DNA of 64,000 bases, from contig CBDEUN010000003.1 in assembly GCA_965243305.1 (NCBI GenBank), forward strand, positions 1,221,845-1,285,844. The letters are read 5' to 3'. Of the stretch, positions 28,142 through 37,884 are shown piece after piece. The notes beneath the pieces were generated by a model, which was given only the letters and a program-made list of their open reading frames with translations, did no database searches and was not told the DNA's origin. Made by a program: the position numbers and the translations under genes. Each line of letters opens with the position of its first letter. Position 1 is the stretch's first letter. This DNA comes from Arenicellales bacterium. GTDB lineage: Bacteria; Pseudomonadota; Gammaproteobacteria; Arenicellales; JAJDZL01.

Positions 28142-29215
28142 CTACAACAGAGGAACGATATCTTTCTCGAAGCGTTTATTCCAGTTATCCAGTTCCACAC
28201 CCAGGTGATCCCAGTCCGGGATAACGACGTAAGCATCGGTTTCTTCCGGAGAAAATCTGAGATGCTGAATATCGTGTTCCGCATTAATATTAACAGGTAC
28301 TTCACCAACGTCTTGGTAGTACAGTTCACTGTATTCCTTGCTGATGGTAAAGTTGGCGTAGTCAAATGCCAATTCCTTGTTCTTGGAACTCGAAAGCACA
28401 CACCAGCCACTGACAAACACAAAGGTCTTTAGAAAGGAATCCGTCTTCGTCAGGTGAATTAATTCCGTACCCTTGACACCGGACAGTGTCCCCTGATCAA
28501 CAAAAGTGACAGAAGTTTCGGCGGTTTCCAGCGAGGTGATGACATCTGACGTGTTAGCGGAGACTCGTCCGATATTGCCTGACGCCGCAAGTTCTTTTAA
28601 GAACTCCCAACCAGGCTCCATGTTATATTCATCGCCGCCTCTGGCTTTGGCGAGTGCAACGACTTGAAGATTGGTGTTGAGAGTCGGGTTTGGCCACAGA
28701 ATCTGACCTTTCAGCGCCGGGTCGAGCAGATCGTCGATAGACTTGATCTCAATTGGGCAGTTTTCTGGTGCGTAGGTGAAAAACACACCTGCGGTTCCTC
28801 TGGGAATGTTTTTCCAGTTACCATCCGCATCCTTGGTGATTAATCCCTCCGGGACATCCGCAAGGTTGGGGCAGTTGTCGAGAGTCACTGTTTCGGCCCA
28901 GCCCTCTCGAACCATCGATAGAAATACCGGACTCCAGTTGTCTACCAGGTCATATGGAGGGTTTGGCCATGCTGCCTTGATTTTTGGCAGAACAGAGGCG
29001 GCACCACCGGAATGCAGTGTCCAGTTGATTTCGGCTTTCCCCCAGGCTTCACCTGTTTTCTTCGCATGGTCAATCCAGGGCGGGCCCCATTCGACAACCG
29101 ACAGAGGTTCAGCAGCGTGTGCCGAATTGATGAACGGGAACGATGATGTTGCGGCAACCGTACCGCCCGCAGCCGCGGTTTTAAGCAGATCGCGACGCGT
29201 AAACTTCATTGACAT
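28142..29215 (-). CDS. Extracellular solute-binding protein, family 1 (PotD/PotF-like), Tat-type signal
   Basis: N-terminus MSMKFTRRDLLKTAAAGGTVAATSSFPFINSAHA has a twin-arginine motif. 357 aa. It is the first gene of the operon. Confidence 0.8.
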   Translation of the reverse strand: MSMKFTRRDLLKTAAAGGTVAATSSFPFINSAHAAEPLSVVEWGPPWIDHAKKTGEAWGKAEINWTLHSGGAASVLPKIKAAWPNPPYDLVDNWSPVFLSMVREGWAETVTLDNCPNLADVPEGLITKDADGNWKNIPRGTAGVFFTYAPENCPIEIKSIDDLLDPALKGQILWPNPTLNTNLQVVALAKARGGDEYNMEPGWEFLKELAASGNIGRVSANTSDVITSLETAETSVTFVDQGTLSGVKGTELIHLTKTDSFLKTFVFVSGWCVLSSSKNKELAFDYANFTISKEYSELYYQDVGEVPVNINAEHDIQHLRFSPEETDAYVVIPDWDHLGVELDNWNKRFEKDIVPLL

Positions 29216-29299
29216 GATCTAACTCCTATCTATTGCATATTTGACAATCGCTCGTATCAAAGTTGCTCATTTGTCTTCATTTGTGATGCTCTGACCGAG

Positions 29300-29309
29300 C
29301 TGTATACAG
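29300..29309. promoter_or_regulatory. Perfect 10-bp palindrome CTGTATACAG in the divergent SBP/GntR intergenic region (candidate GntR operator)
   Basis: Seen directly. It fits the generic GntR-family GT-N-AC core. It lies between two divergently transcribed units. Confidence 0.3.
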
Positions 29310-29531
29310 ATGTTATATTAATAGTAGAATATAGTCAACCGATTAATTTCAGTAAAATCACATTCGCTTTCTTCTTTCAGCCACCGGTCTACCTCACTTA
29401 GGTGTGTGGGTTGGGTGTCCCGGTTTTAATTGTTCAGATTGCGTCGAAAGAAAGTCCCAAAGATGCGTACAGATAATAAAAACACTAGTAAACGAAATTC
29501 GATTGAATCGCTGTCGATCAGTCTGGGAACC

Positions 29532-30251
29532 ATGCAGAGCGTGAAAGAGTCGGCGAATGAACGCCACCAGAGGATCTATCAAGTCATTCGGGAGCGGATA
29601 TCGCTACTTCAATATTCACCCCACACTGTGATTGGCGAGATCGAACTGGCAGATGAGTTTAGTGTGAGCCGCACACCGATTCGACGGGTCCTTCAGCGAT
29701 TGCAGTACGAAGGTTTGGTGGACATACGAAGCGGAGTCGGCACGGTTGTAACCGACATTGACATCAAGACAATGAAAGAGGTTTATGACCTTCGAATGTA
29801 TTTGACGGAACTGATTTCCGAACTGTCACCCAGGATCATCAGTAGCGAGCACATCAGTGCACTGGAGGCGCTTCTGAGCCGAACGAAGTTAATGTATGAC
29901 AGGCCTGACAGCGAGGCTTACGGCCGGCTATGCAACGATCTGCACGAAGTTCTGATTTCACTAATCGGCAGTGCACCTTTGCGTGAAATTACTGACAACC
30001 TTTACTATCGCTCCGCTCGAATCTGGATTACCTTTCTTCCCAATTTAGTCTGGAGTGATGTCATTTACGATCAGGAAATGGAGACTGCGGAAATCATTGC
30101 CGCGATGAAACGCAATGACATTCGTGGTGTCGTCCAGGTGCGTCGCTATTACCTCCATACTTTACTGACACGGATTAGCGATTATCTCAGGGGAGTAGGC
30201 CATGCGACCACTTCCCCGATGAAGCCGATAGCAATTAGTTCGAGCGACTGA
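29532..30251 (+). CDS. GntR-family transcriptional regulator (FadR/FCD-type C-domain)
   Basis: wHTH ELADEFSVSRTPIRRVLQRLQYEGLVDIRSGVGTVV. The ORF opens at TTG 29430. ATGs at 29463 and 29532 are both possible starts. Confidence 0.8.
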   Translation: MQSVKESANERHQRIYQVIRERISLLQYSPHTVIGEIELADEFSVSRTPIRRVLQRLQYEGLVDIRSGVGTVVTDIDIKTMKEVYDLRMYLTELISELSPRIISSEHISALEALLSRTKLMYDRPDSEAYGRLCNDLHEVLISLIGSAPLREITDNLYYRSARIWITFLPNLVWSDVIYDQEMETAEIIAAMKRNDIRGVVQVRRYYLHTLLTRISDYLRGVGHATTSPMKPIAISSSD

Positions 30252-30267
30252 ACCGGTCACCGGGGCT

Positions 30268-32712
30268 TTGATCCTCCCGCGACATTCCCAAGTCATCATC
30301 TGTGGAGGTGGTGTTGCTGGGGCGAGTGTTGCCTATCACCTGGCCAAGCTGGGTTTTGACGATGTTGTTCTGCTTGAGCGGCATCAACTCACTTCCGGCA
30401 CAACCTGGCACGCTGCTGGCCTAATCATGCAGCTCAGATCGACTCATTCCTTGACGGAACTTGGAAAGTACAACGTTGATCTATATGCGCGACTGGAACA
30501 GGAAACCGGGGTATCGCCAGGGTTCAAGCAGAACGGCACGCTGGGTGTATGTCGGACACCTGAACGTTTGTACGAAACGCAGACCGTCGCATCGATTGCG
30601 CGCAGTTTCGATATTGAAGCTCACATGATCGGCCCCGCTGAGGCTAAAGAGATTTATCCGGCGATTGACGAGCATCAAATTGTTGGTGCAATCTATATTC
30701 CAAAAGACGGTCAGACCAACCCGGTGGATACGACTCAGTCGCTGATTGCAGGCGCCAGGCAAAGTGGGGTCAAGGTCATCGAAGGTTGTGAGGTGTTAAA
30801 ACTGCATCAAGTGCGATCTGATGAATTTCAGTTGGAAACGACGCTAGGGACCATTTGCTGTGAAACGCTGGTACTGGCTTGCGGACTTTGGACCCGCGAA
30901 TTAGCCTCACAGCTTGGTGTTCATGTGCCGCTTTATCCGTGCGAGCATTACTACGTCGTTACGGAGCCCATGTCTGGTGCGACGTCAGATTTACCGGTGC
31001 TGAGAGATACTGACGGGCACTGCTACATCAAGGAGGATGCTGGAAAGTGGCTGGTGGGCTCATTTGAGCCGAAAGGCAAGCCTCTTGACTTCAGTCAGAT
31101 ACCATCGGACGTACCATTCATTGAACTACCGGAAGATTGGGATCAGTTTGCATTACCGTTCAGCAAGGCAGCTGAGATTCTGCCGGATCTTGAAACCGCT
31201 GGAATTGCGAGATTTCTGGCTGGTCCAGAGAGTTTCACACCAGACTTGCTGTTCATGATGGGTGAGGTGTCCGGACACCCCAATCTTTATGTTTCAGCAG
31301 GCTATAACTCGGAGGGTGTTGAACTCAGTCCTGGTGCAGGCCGTGCGCTGGCCGAATGGATTGCTGAAGGCGCACCAACCATGGATTTGGGTTATGTTGA
31401 TGTCAACCGGTTTCACTCACATCAGAACAATTCGCGTTACCTGAGGCAGCGCAGCAGTGAAGTGCTGGGATTGCACTACAAAATGCACTGGCCGCACAGG
31501 CAAAAGGAATCAGCCCGCGGTATCCGTAAGAGTGTCCTACATGATCGCTGGGTAGAACTCAATGCCAGTTTTGGAGAAGCATCATTCTGGGAGCGTCCGA
31601 TGTGGTTTGCACCGCACAGCCAATCGAATCAGAACATTTATTCCCATACAAGGCCGAACTGGTTTCAGTACACGGCAGAGGAATGTCGCGCGGCGCGTGA
31701 CAATGCGATCATTCTGGATCAGAGTTCGTTTGGCAAGTTCATGCTGCAGGGTAAGGATGCATGTAAGGTACTGCAGCAGATGTGTGCGAAAGACATCGAT
31801 GTTTCTGCCGGTAAGATCGTCTACACGCACATGTTGAACCGGCGCGGGGGAATCGAGGTGGATCTGACAGTTAACCGTATGACAGAGGACTGTTTTTTAC
31901 TGATTACTTCGGCAACTTCCGCCAGTCGAGATCGGAACTGGATTCAGCGGCAAATTGCGTCAACAGACAATGCGATACTGACCGATGTTACTTCTAGCTA
32001 TTCGGTACTGTCAATTCAGGGGCCAAAGTCGCGTGAAATTCTGTCCGAAGTGACCACTGCTGATCTGAGTCACGAGGCATTTCCATTTGCTACATCTAAA
32101 GAGATTGAAGTCGGTTACGCAATGGCACTAGCTAACCGGCTAACCTTCATTGGTGAAGTGGGTTGGGAACTTTTGATTGCCTCCGACTTCGTACAGGATA
32201 TTTTTGATCGCTTAATGGCGGTGAATTGTCAGCCTGAATTGAAGCCGGCTGGGTACCATGCACTGGAACATCTGCGATCCGAGGCGGGTTACCGGGAATT
32301 TGATTTGGATTTGACACCGGATGACACGCCAATTGAGGCCGGACTTTCAAAAGCGGTATCGCTCAACAAATCGACTGCTTTCACAGGTCAGGACGCATTG
32401 TTGAGACAGGCAGAATCCGAATTCTTGACCAAGCGTCTGGTGCTTTTCAAACTGCACCATCCCGATCCTGTGCTTTGGGGAGAGGAAGTCATTTATCTGG
32501 ATGGTCAATCCGTGGGCTACCTTTCGTCTGGTGCATATGGATTTAATCTTGGCTCATCAGTTGGGATGGGCTATGTACACCACACGGGTGGTGTTACATC
32601 CGATTTATTGAGAAGCGGGAGGTGGGAAATCGATATCGCTGGCAGTCGATGGTCGGCAGCCGCGTCCTTTGACGCTTTTTTCGATCCATCCCGAAATCGG
32701 GTTAACAGATAA
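30268..32712 (+). CDS. Dimethylglycine/sarcosine dehydrogenase-like protein (FAD oxidoreductase + GcvT aminomethyltransferase domains)
   Basis: N-terminal dinucleotide fold VIICGGGVAGASVAYHL. 814 aa with a C-terminal GcvT-type folate-binding region. TTG start. Confidence 0.85.
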   Translation: MILPRHSQVIICGGGVAGASVAYHLAKLGFDDVVLLERHQLTSGTTWHAAGLIMQLRSTHSLTELGKYNVDLYARLEQETGVSPGFKQNGTLGVCRTPERLYETQTVASIARSFDIEAHMIGPAEAKEIYPAIDEHQIVGAIYIPKDGQTNPVDTTQSLIAGARQSGVKVIEGCEVLKLHQVRSDEFQLETTLGTICCETLVLACGLWTRELASQLGVHVPLYPCEHYYVVTEPMSGATSDLPVLRDTDGHCYIKEDAGKWLVGSFEPKGKPLDFSQIPSDVPFIELPEDWDQFALPFSKAAEILPDLETAGIARFLAGPESFTPDLLFMMGEVSGHPNLYVSAGYNSEGVELSPGAGRALAEWIAEGAPTMDLGYVDVNRFHSHQNNSRYLRQRSSEVLGLHYKMHWPHRQKESARGIRKSVLHDRWVELNASFGEASFWERPMWFAPHSQSNQNIYSHTRPNWFQYTAEECRAARDNAIILDQSSFGKFMLQGKDACKVLQQMCAKDIDVSAGKIVYTHMLNRRGGIEVDLTVNRMTEDCFLLITSATSASRDRNWIQRQIASTDNAILTDVTSSYSVLSIQGPKSREILSEVTTADLSHEAFPFATSKEIEVGYAMALANRLTFIGEVGWELLIASDFVQDIFDRLMAVNCQPELKPAGYHALEHLRSEAGYREFDLDLTPDDTPIEAGLSKAVSLNKSTAFTGQDALLRQAESEFLTKRLVLFKLHHPDPVLWGEEVIYLDGQSVGYLSSGAYGFNLGSSVGMGYVHHTGGVTSDLLRSGRWEIDIAGSRWSAAASFDAFFDPSRNRVNR

Positions 32713-32763
32713 GGATTCGACGCCTTTAACTTTTCCAACCTGAGTTGAGTTCGGCAAAAGCGA

Positions 32764-34131
32764 TTACTTTTTGCGTTTTTGTCGTTTCTTCGGTTGATTC
32801 GCCCGCAGTTCAGGCGGTACAAGATCATAGATTTTTCGATCTATCGCGAATATACGGTCCTTAACGTGAGCTTCGTGGTTTTGAACGATTTTGTCAGGTT
32901 CGTAAATATAGTTGGCGAGCATGCCAGCAGATTGCCGAAATCCATTCGGCGAGCGGTCACCCAGCCAGTTGAGGCGCTTCAGCTGGGCTCCATTTCTAAG
33001 ATGAAAGCGGGCAACAGGATCAAGTGGCTCATCCTTCTTTCGAGCATGGGCCAGGTAGTAGGCGATGAGGCCCTGCAAAGCTGGTTTTAACGATTCCAAC
33101 AGTTTTTCGTCTTCAAACCAGTCATCGGATTGCATTTTCAGCATCAGTTCATGATCTTCCTTGGAAATCGCATATTGATCTGGGTGCTTCAGAATTGAAT
33201 CAAACCATCTTCTGAATCCGGGAATGGGCGACAACGTCGAAAAATGTTTAAGGTTTGGAAACTCACGAGAGAGATGCTCGACAACCTGCTTGATTAGAAG
33301 ATTGCCAAATGAAACTCCCTTCAGTCCTTGCTGGCAGTTGTTGATTGAATAGAAAATTGCAGTATCAGCCTTTTGGGGATTGGTAACTGATCGGGTAGCA
33401 TCAATAATCGGTTCAATCGACTCAGAGAGCCCCTGTACCAGCGCGACTTCCACAAATATCAGTGGTTCATTTGGTAGAGTGGGGTGAAAGAACGCAAAGC
33501 ACCGTCGGTCATCTGCAAGTCGCCCGCGCAGGTCTTGCCATCCTTTCATGGCGTGCACTGATTCGTACTGTATCAGTTTCTCCAGGATGATGGCTGGAGT
33601 CTCCCAATTGATTTGTTCAATTTCAAGAAAACCGCGGTTGAACCAGGAAGATAACAAGTGTTTAAAATCATAATCCACCGGTTCAAGGTGCGGACACTGC
33701 TTCAGTATTGCGAGCAGATCGCGGCGCATTTCAACGATAGTTGCTGTACCTCCTGGTGCCATATTGATTCGGCGGATGAGTTCCTGACGTTGGGGTTCAA
33801 CCTGCTCTGTCAGACGCCGGAGTGAGGCCGCGTCTCGCTGTTTATAAAACGCCTCTGCGGCTAAAGCCACATTGTCCGTATCGACGCTAAACTCATCGTT
33901 GACCATTTCGAAAAATTGCAGCCGTTCCTCTTTATTCAGGTTTCGGTATTGGGTGACGATGTCGCGCGCAATTGCGATACCAGAAGCTTCACCTCGAGTT
34001 GACAGCAGCTCTTGACATAAAGAAGTCAGTGTCTTTGACTGGCCTATAGTTGATCGTAAACGAGTACGCAATAATTCCATTCCGGTATCCGCAACGGAGT
34101 GTAAAAATTGGTTGAAACGTAAAGAGTTCAT
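32764..34131 (-). CDS. Malonyl-CoA decarboxylase
   Basis: 455 aa. FFHPTLPNEPLIFVEVAL, IFYSINNCQQGLKGVSFGNLLIKQVV and FSTLSPIPGFRRW match the MCD/MatA family as I recall it. Confidence 0.8.
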   Translation of the reverse strand: MNSLRFNQFLHSVADTGMELLRTRLRSTIGQSKTLTSLCQELLSTRGEASGIAIARDIVTQYRNLNKEERLQFFEMVNDEFSVDTDNVALAAEAFYKQRDAASLRRLTEQVEPQRQELIRRINMAPGGTATIVEMRRDLLAILKQCPHLEPVDYDFKHLLSSWFNRGFLEIEQINWETPAIILEKLIQYESVHAMKGWQDLRGRLADDRRCFAFFHPTLPNEPLIFVEVALVQGLSESIEPIIDATRSVTNPQKADTAIFYSINNCQQGLKGVSFGNLLIKQVVEHLSREFPNLKHFSTLSPIPGFRRWFDSILKHPDQYAISKEDHELMLKMQSDDWFEDEKLLESLKPALQGLIAYYLAHARKKDEPLDPVARFHLRNGAQLKRLNWLGDRSPNGFRQSAGMLANYIYEPDKIVQNHEAHVKDRIFAIDRKIYDLVPPELRANQPKKRQKRKK

Positions 34132-34216
34132 TTTCAGAGTACCACGGGTTCCGACGTCCAGATTTCACTAACTGCCAATGTGATGAATTACAGGCTCGGT
34201 GGCATCTCAAATTAGA

Positions 34217-34555
34217 TTATCGGTAGTACACAATGAGTAGTGCACCATCAGGTGAGTAGGAATTGTGTTTTGTTTTGGCCTCCAGCCAAACCAGATCGCC
34301 AGCCTTATAACGATAACCGTCATGATCGACAACCTCCCCTTCCAAAATATAAAACTCTTCATCACCGTCGTGAACATGTGGAGTGGTAGTATGCCCCGGC
34401 GGCATGCGGTAAACATGAAAACCGTAACCCCGCTTCTTATTCGGGTTGACCTGCAGCACCTCTCCATCTTCACCGCCGTCCTCGTCAATGAACGGCAGAA
34501 AAGTGCCATCTTCTATATTGACTACGCGTCGTTTTTCCTTCTCTATTGGTTTCAT
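34217..34555 (-). CDS. Cupin-domain protein
   Basis: PHVHDGDEEFYILEG ... KHNSY are cupin motifs 1 and 2. 112 aa. Confidence 0.7.
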   Translation of the reverse strand: MKPIEKEKRRVVNIEDGTFLPFIDEDGGEDGEVLQVNPNKKRGYGFHVYRMPPGHTTTPHVHDGDEEFYILEGEVVDHDGYRYKAGDLVWLEAKTKHNSYSPDGALLIVYYR

Positions 34556-34563
34556 GGTACTGT

Positions 34564-35322
34564 CTATTGTTCGTTAGTAGGTTGTTGCTGAATGGTTCTT
34601 GAAATGACTTCGAGGCCGATCAGCGTCAGGTTCGATACCATCTCGAAATTGTACGATGAGTGCTCGGTGATGAGCGAACAAGTCCCGCCGGTCAGTAGCA
34701 GTTTTGGAGTACCGCCAACCAACTCGGAATATTTTTGAACCAGCAGTTCAACACCTCCGACAGTTGTGTATACGACCCCGCTTGAAACCGCTTCAACTGT
34801 ACTCCGTGCTGGCAGTTCAGGTGAGAGAGCGTTAAACTCACGAATGCCAGGTGCGCGCTGCCACAGTGAATCCCGGGCAAGTTCGAATCCCGGGAGAATC
34901 GAGCCACCGATAAATTCACCCTTTGCTGTGAGTGCATCGACCGTTACTGCGGTACCGCAGTCCACAATGACTGCAGCAGACTGATACATCGACCAGGCGC
35001 CAATAAGCGCCGCCCAACGGTCTGCACCCAGTTCACTGATCTCTCGATAACAATTTCTAACGCCGCATTGCTCTTCTTTTGGAGTTACCTGAAAAGCCTC
35101 AACATTCCATTTTGCTGTTACAAAGCTCTGGAGTATGTTGGTGCAGGTCTGATCTGCAACGCTAACAAATAAAACCCCTGATACATGGTTCAGATGGCCG
35201 AAACTCTGAGTAAGGGTTTGGTTAAACTCAGAATGCCGTGAGGGAAAGGTACCTTTCTCATCACCAAACTGCCATTTCGCATTCTGGTTGCCAATGTCAA
35301 TTAACAGATACACGGGCTTCAA
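34564..35322 (-). CDS. coaX: Type III pantothenate kinase
   Basis: LLIDIGNQNAKW, VDCGTAVTVD, GGSILPG, LTGG. 252 aa. TTG start, or GTG three codons later. Confidence 0.85.
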   Translation of the reverse strand: MKPVYLLIDIGNQNAKWQFGDEKGTFPSRHSEFNQTLTQSFGHLNHVSGVLFVSVADQTCTNILQSFVTAKWNVEAFQVTPKEEQCGVRNCYREISELGADRWAALIGAWSMYQSAAVIVDCGTAVTVDALTAKGEFIGGSILPGFELARDSLWQRAPGIREFNALSPELPARSTVEAVSSGVVYTTVGGVELLVQKYSELVGGTPKLLLTGGTCSLITEHSSYNFEMVSNLTLIGLEVISRTIQQQPTNEQ

Positions 35323-35325
35323 ACT

Positions 35326-36258
35326 TTAGGTTATGTAGTTCAGAACAAACGCGAGAGTCGCGACTGAAATTATCGTAGAAATCAGGATGGATGCAGATGT
35401 TCGTCCGATGTAAGTCTTGTATTGCTGTGCCAGCACATAGACGGTAACAGCAACCGGCATGGCAGCCGCAATGACTGCGCTTCTCGCCCAGATGTCACTG
35501 ACCGAAAACAGATGAAACATTGCAAAAAATATAAGCAAAGGATGAATGACCAGCTTGATGAAACTGATGGTCAAAATTTGACCCTGCAAAAATCCAGCCC
35601 GTTCTTCATCCAGGCTAGACCCTAGGGCAAACAGTGCGCACGGTGCCGCGGCTGCGCCTAACAGAACAAAAAATCGATCTGCGACCTGCGGCATTTCCAG
35701 TCCTGAAACTGAAAAGAGTACACCTAGTGCAACTGCAACCAACAGTGGATTTTTCACAATAGAATTGACAAATTTCCGGCAGACTTGTGCGAATGAAATG
35801 CCGGAAGAAGCCTTGTTGAAATCCAGCAGAATTGAGGCAAGTGGCAGCATGACAGCGAGATCCACTGTCGTACAGATAACAACTGGAACACTTGCTGCCT
35901 GTCCAAAGGCAATGACTACGAATGGAAGGCCCAGATACCCCGTATTTCCATAGATGCAGGCGGAAGCAAATACAACCCTCAAGTCGTAGTCGATCTTAAA
36001 GAACAGCGTTGCAACAACTAGACTCGCGATAAACAGCACCAGCCCTACCAAAAGGTAGGCAGCCACAAATGTCCATTGAAATTCACTGCGAATGTCAGCT
36101 TGCGCCATCAGTGAAAAAATGAGCACTGGCAGTGCAAAATAATATACAAACAGATTCAGGCCAGACCTGCCTTCGGAGTTTATTATTTTTCTGCGGGTTG
36201 CAAAAAATCCACATGCTATGACAGCAAAAAATGGAAGAGTAATCAGAATCGTAGTCAT
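35326..36258 (-). CDS. AEC (auxin efflux carrier) family transporter
   Basis: About 10 TM segments. The likely start is ATG 36258 (MTTILITLPFFAVIACGFF). The ORF opens at TTG 36285. Confidence 0.8.
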   Translation of the reverse strand: MTTILITLPFFAVIACGFFATRRKIINSEGRSGLNLFVYYFALPVLIFSLMAQADIRSEFQWTFVAAYLLVGLVLFIASLVVATLFFKIDYDLRVVFASACIYGNTGYLGLPFVVIAFGQAASVPVVICTTVDLAVMLPLASILLDFNKASSGISFAQVCRKFVNSIVKNPLLVAVALGVLFSVSGLEMPQVADRFFVLLGAAAAPCALFALGSSLDEERAGFLQGQILTISFIKLVIHPLLIFFAMFHLFSVSDIWARSAVIAAAMPVAVTVYVLAQQYKTYIGRTSASILISTIISVATLAFVLNYIT

Positions 36259-36352
36259 TTCGCTGTCATAATTGGTACGGGTCAAACAAAGTTTTTGGAA
36301 TTGTCAATAATCAGCACGGAGCAAGCATCAATTGTCTAGCAGACCAATCAGA

Positions 36353-36883
36353 ATGAAATACTGCAGCCTGTGTGGGGCGACTGTTTCAAGCAAAATTCCG
36401 CAGGGTGACAATGTGATGCGTTATGTCTGCGATGCATGCGACACTGTTCACTATCAGAATCCCAAGATTGTGGCAGGCTGCATTGTTACCTGGCAGGACA
36501 GAATTCTTCTCTGCAGACGAGCGATTGAGCCGCGGTATGGACTTTGGACTATTCCCGCTGGATTTATGGAACTTGGCGAAACCGCTAACGCGGCGGCGGC
36601 ACGTGAAACCATGGAAGAAGCGTGCGCAGTGGTGGAGATCGATGACCTTTTTGCACTGTATAACATTCCTCATGTCAGCCAGGTGTACATCATATTCAAA
36701 GCACATTTGAATGCTCCAGAGTACTCACCAGGTGAAGAGAGTCTGGAAACCGAGCTTTTTTCAGTAGATGAGATTCCTTGGGAAGAACTGGCGTTTCCGG
36801 TGGTTAGTGCGGCCCTGAAGCGGTTTGTCGAGAATCGAGATGAAACACCACATCGACCATTCGTGGGAGACATTATAAGGTGA
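36353..36883 (+). CDS. NUDIX hydrolase with N-terminal zinc ribbon
   Basis: CSLCGA...CDACDTVHYQNP zinc ribbon and Nudix box GFMELGETANAAAARETMEEA. The likely start is ATG 36353. The ORF opens at TTG 36332. Confidence 0.85.
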   Translation: MKYCSLCGATVSSKIPQGDNVMRYVCDACDTVHYQNPKIVAGCIVTWQDRILLCRRAIEPRYGLWTIPAGFMELGETANAAAARETMEEACAVVEIDDLFALYNIPHVSQVYIIFKAHLNAPEYSPGEESLETELFSVDEIPWEELAFPVVSAALKRFVENRDETPHRPFVGDIIR

Positions 36884-36895
36884 GCCCAGAAGCGA

Positions 36896-37675
36896 TCAGT
36901 TCCTGGAAGTATCCAAGGCTGACAGTTTCTTGATGATTCGCTCGTGAATGATTTTCTCGTACGCATCATTAATCGGGAGTTCGGCTGCCTGTTTCAGCAG
37001 ATTGTGTGCCCTATCTGAGTACTTATCATGATCCAGTTCGATCAGACCGATCGCGAGACTCAGATTATTCGTCTTGGATTGTTGATTCAATTCATAAGTT
37101 TGGTCGAAGTGTTGAAGTGCGTCTTTTTTTCGCGCACCAAACAAGGTACGCCCCAACAACCGACCTACTCGGTCAATAATCCCAGTATGCCAACGTCCCA
37201 TGCTTACATGCGCTGCTGACATCTGTGGATCGATTCGAAGCGCACTCTCAATGGCATCGCGTGTTTGCTTTGCATAGTTCTCTTTGGTTGCCTGTGTTTT
37301 GGAAATATGGCTGGAATGTCGACCCAACGCTCGGGATAACCAAAGATACCCATCAGCGTTTTCTGGGTCCGACTCAATGGCTTTTCGCGCAAGTTCAATC
37401 GCCTGTTCCAGCAACTGTTTCTTTTCGGGGTCTGTAGCGATATAGCGGGCATGAATGACCATGGATTTTGCAGCAAAAGCATAACCAGAAGAATTCTCCA
37501 GGGTTTTGGCAATTTCTGCTGCTTCGCTAAACCGGCCTTCGCTGTAAGCGGCAAGTGCGTAGTCAAAACTGTCAGCACCTGCGAGGCGCGTGCCAAACAA
37601 TGATATTACTGCCGCAAGTAAAGCAATTACCCAAAGTACAGCGATGAAACGGATTGAGCAACGGACTGTAGACAC
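36896..37675 (-). CDS. Secreted/membrane-anchored TPR-like repeat protein
   Basis: GTG start, an N-terminal hydrophobic signal/anchor (FIAVLWVIALLAAVISLF), and helical repeat content with A..y..A.eL..kAi..dP patterns. Confidence 0.6.
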   Translation of the reverse strand: MSTVRCSIRFIAVLWVIALLAAVISLFGTRLAGADSFDYALAAYSEGRFSEAAEIAKTLENSSGYAFAAKSMVIHARYIATDPEKKQLLEQAIELARKAIESDPENADGYLWLSRALGRHSSHISKTQATKENYAKQTRDAIESALRIDPQMSAAHVSMGRWHTGIIDRVGRLLGRTLFGARKKDALQHFDQTYELNQQSKTNNLSLAIGLIELDHDKYSDRAHNLLKQAAELPINDAYEKIIHERIIKKLSALDTSRN

Positions 37676-37884
37676 GAGTACATACCTGTACTTATCGAAG
37701 CTGGATGAAAATGTGAATTGCTCGCTCCAGATGAATTCTCCGCTCGAGGCTTTGAAATAAATTTATACGCTGTTATTGAAGGCATTTGTCGCGTCATTCT
37801 TGAGACATACCTCACTTCGACCATGGATATAACAGTAACGCCAAAAAAATGGACATTCAAAGCTGTGATTAAGCTGGCTAAAAA

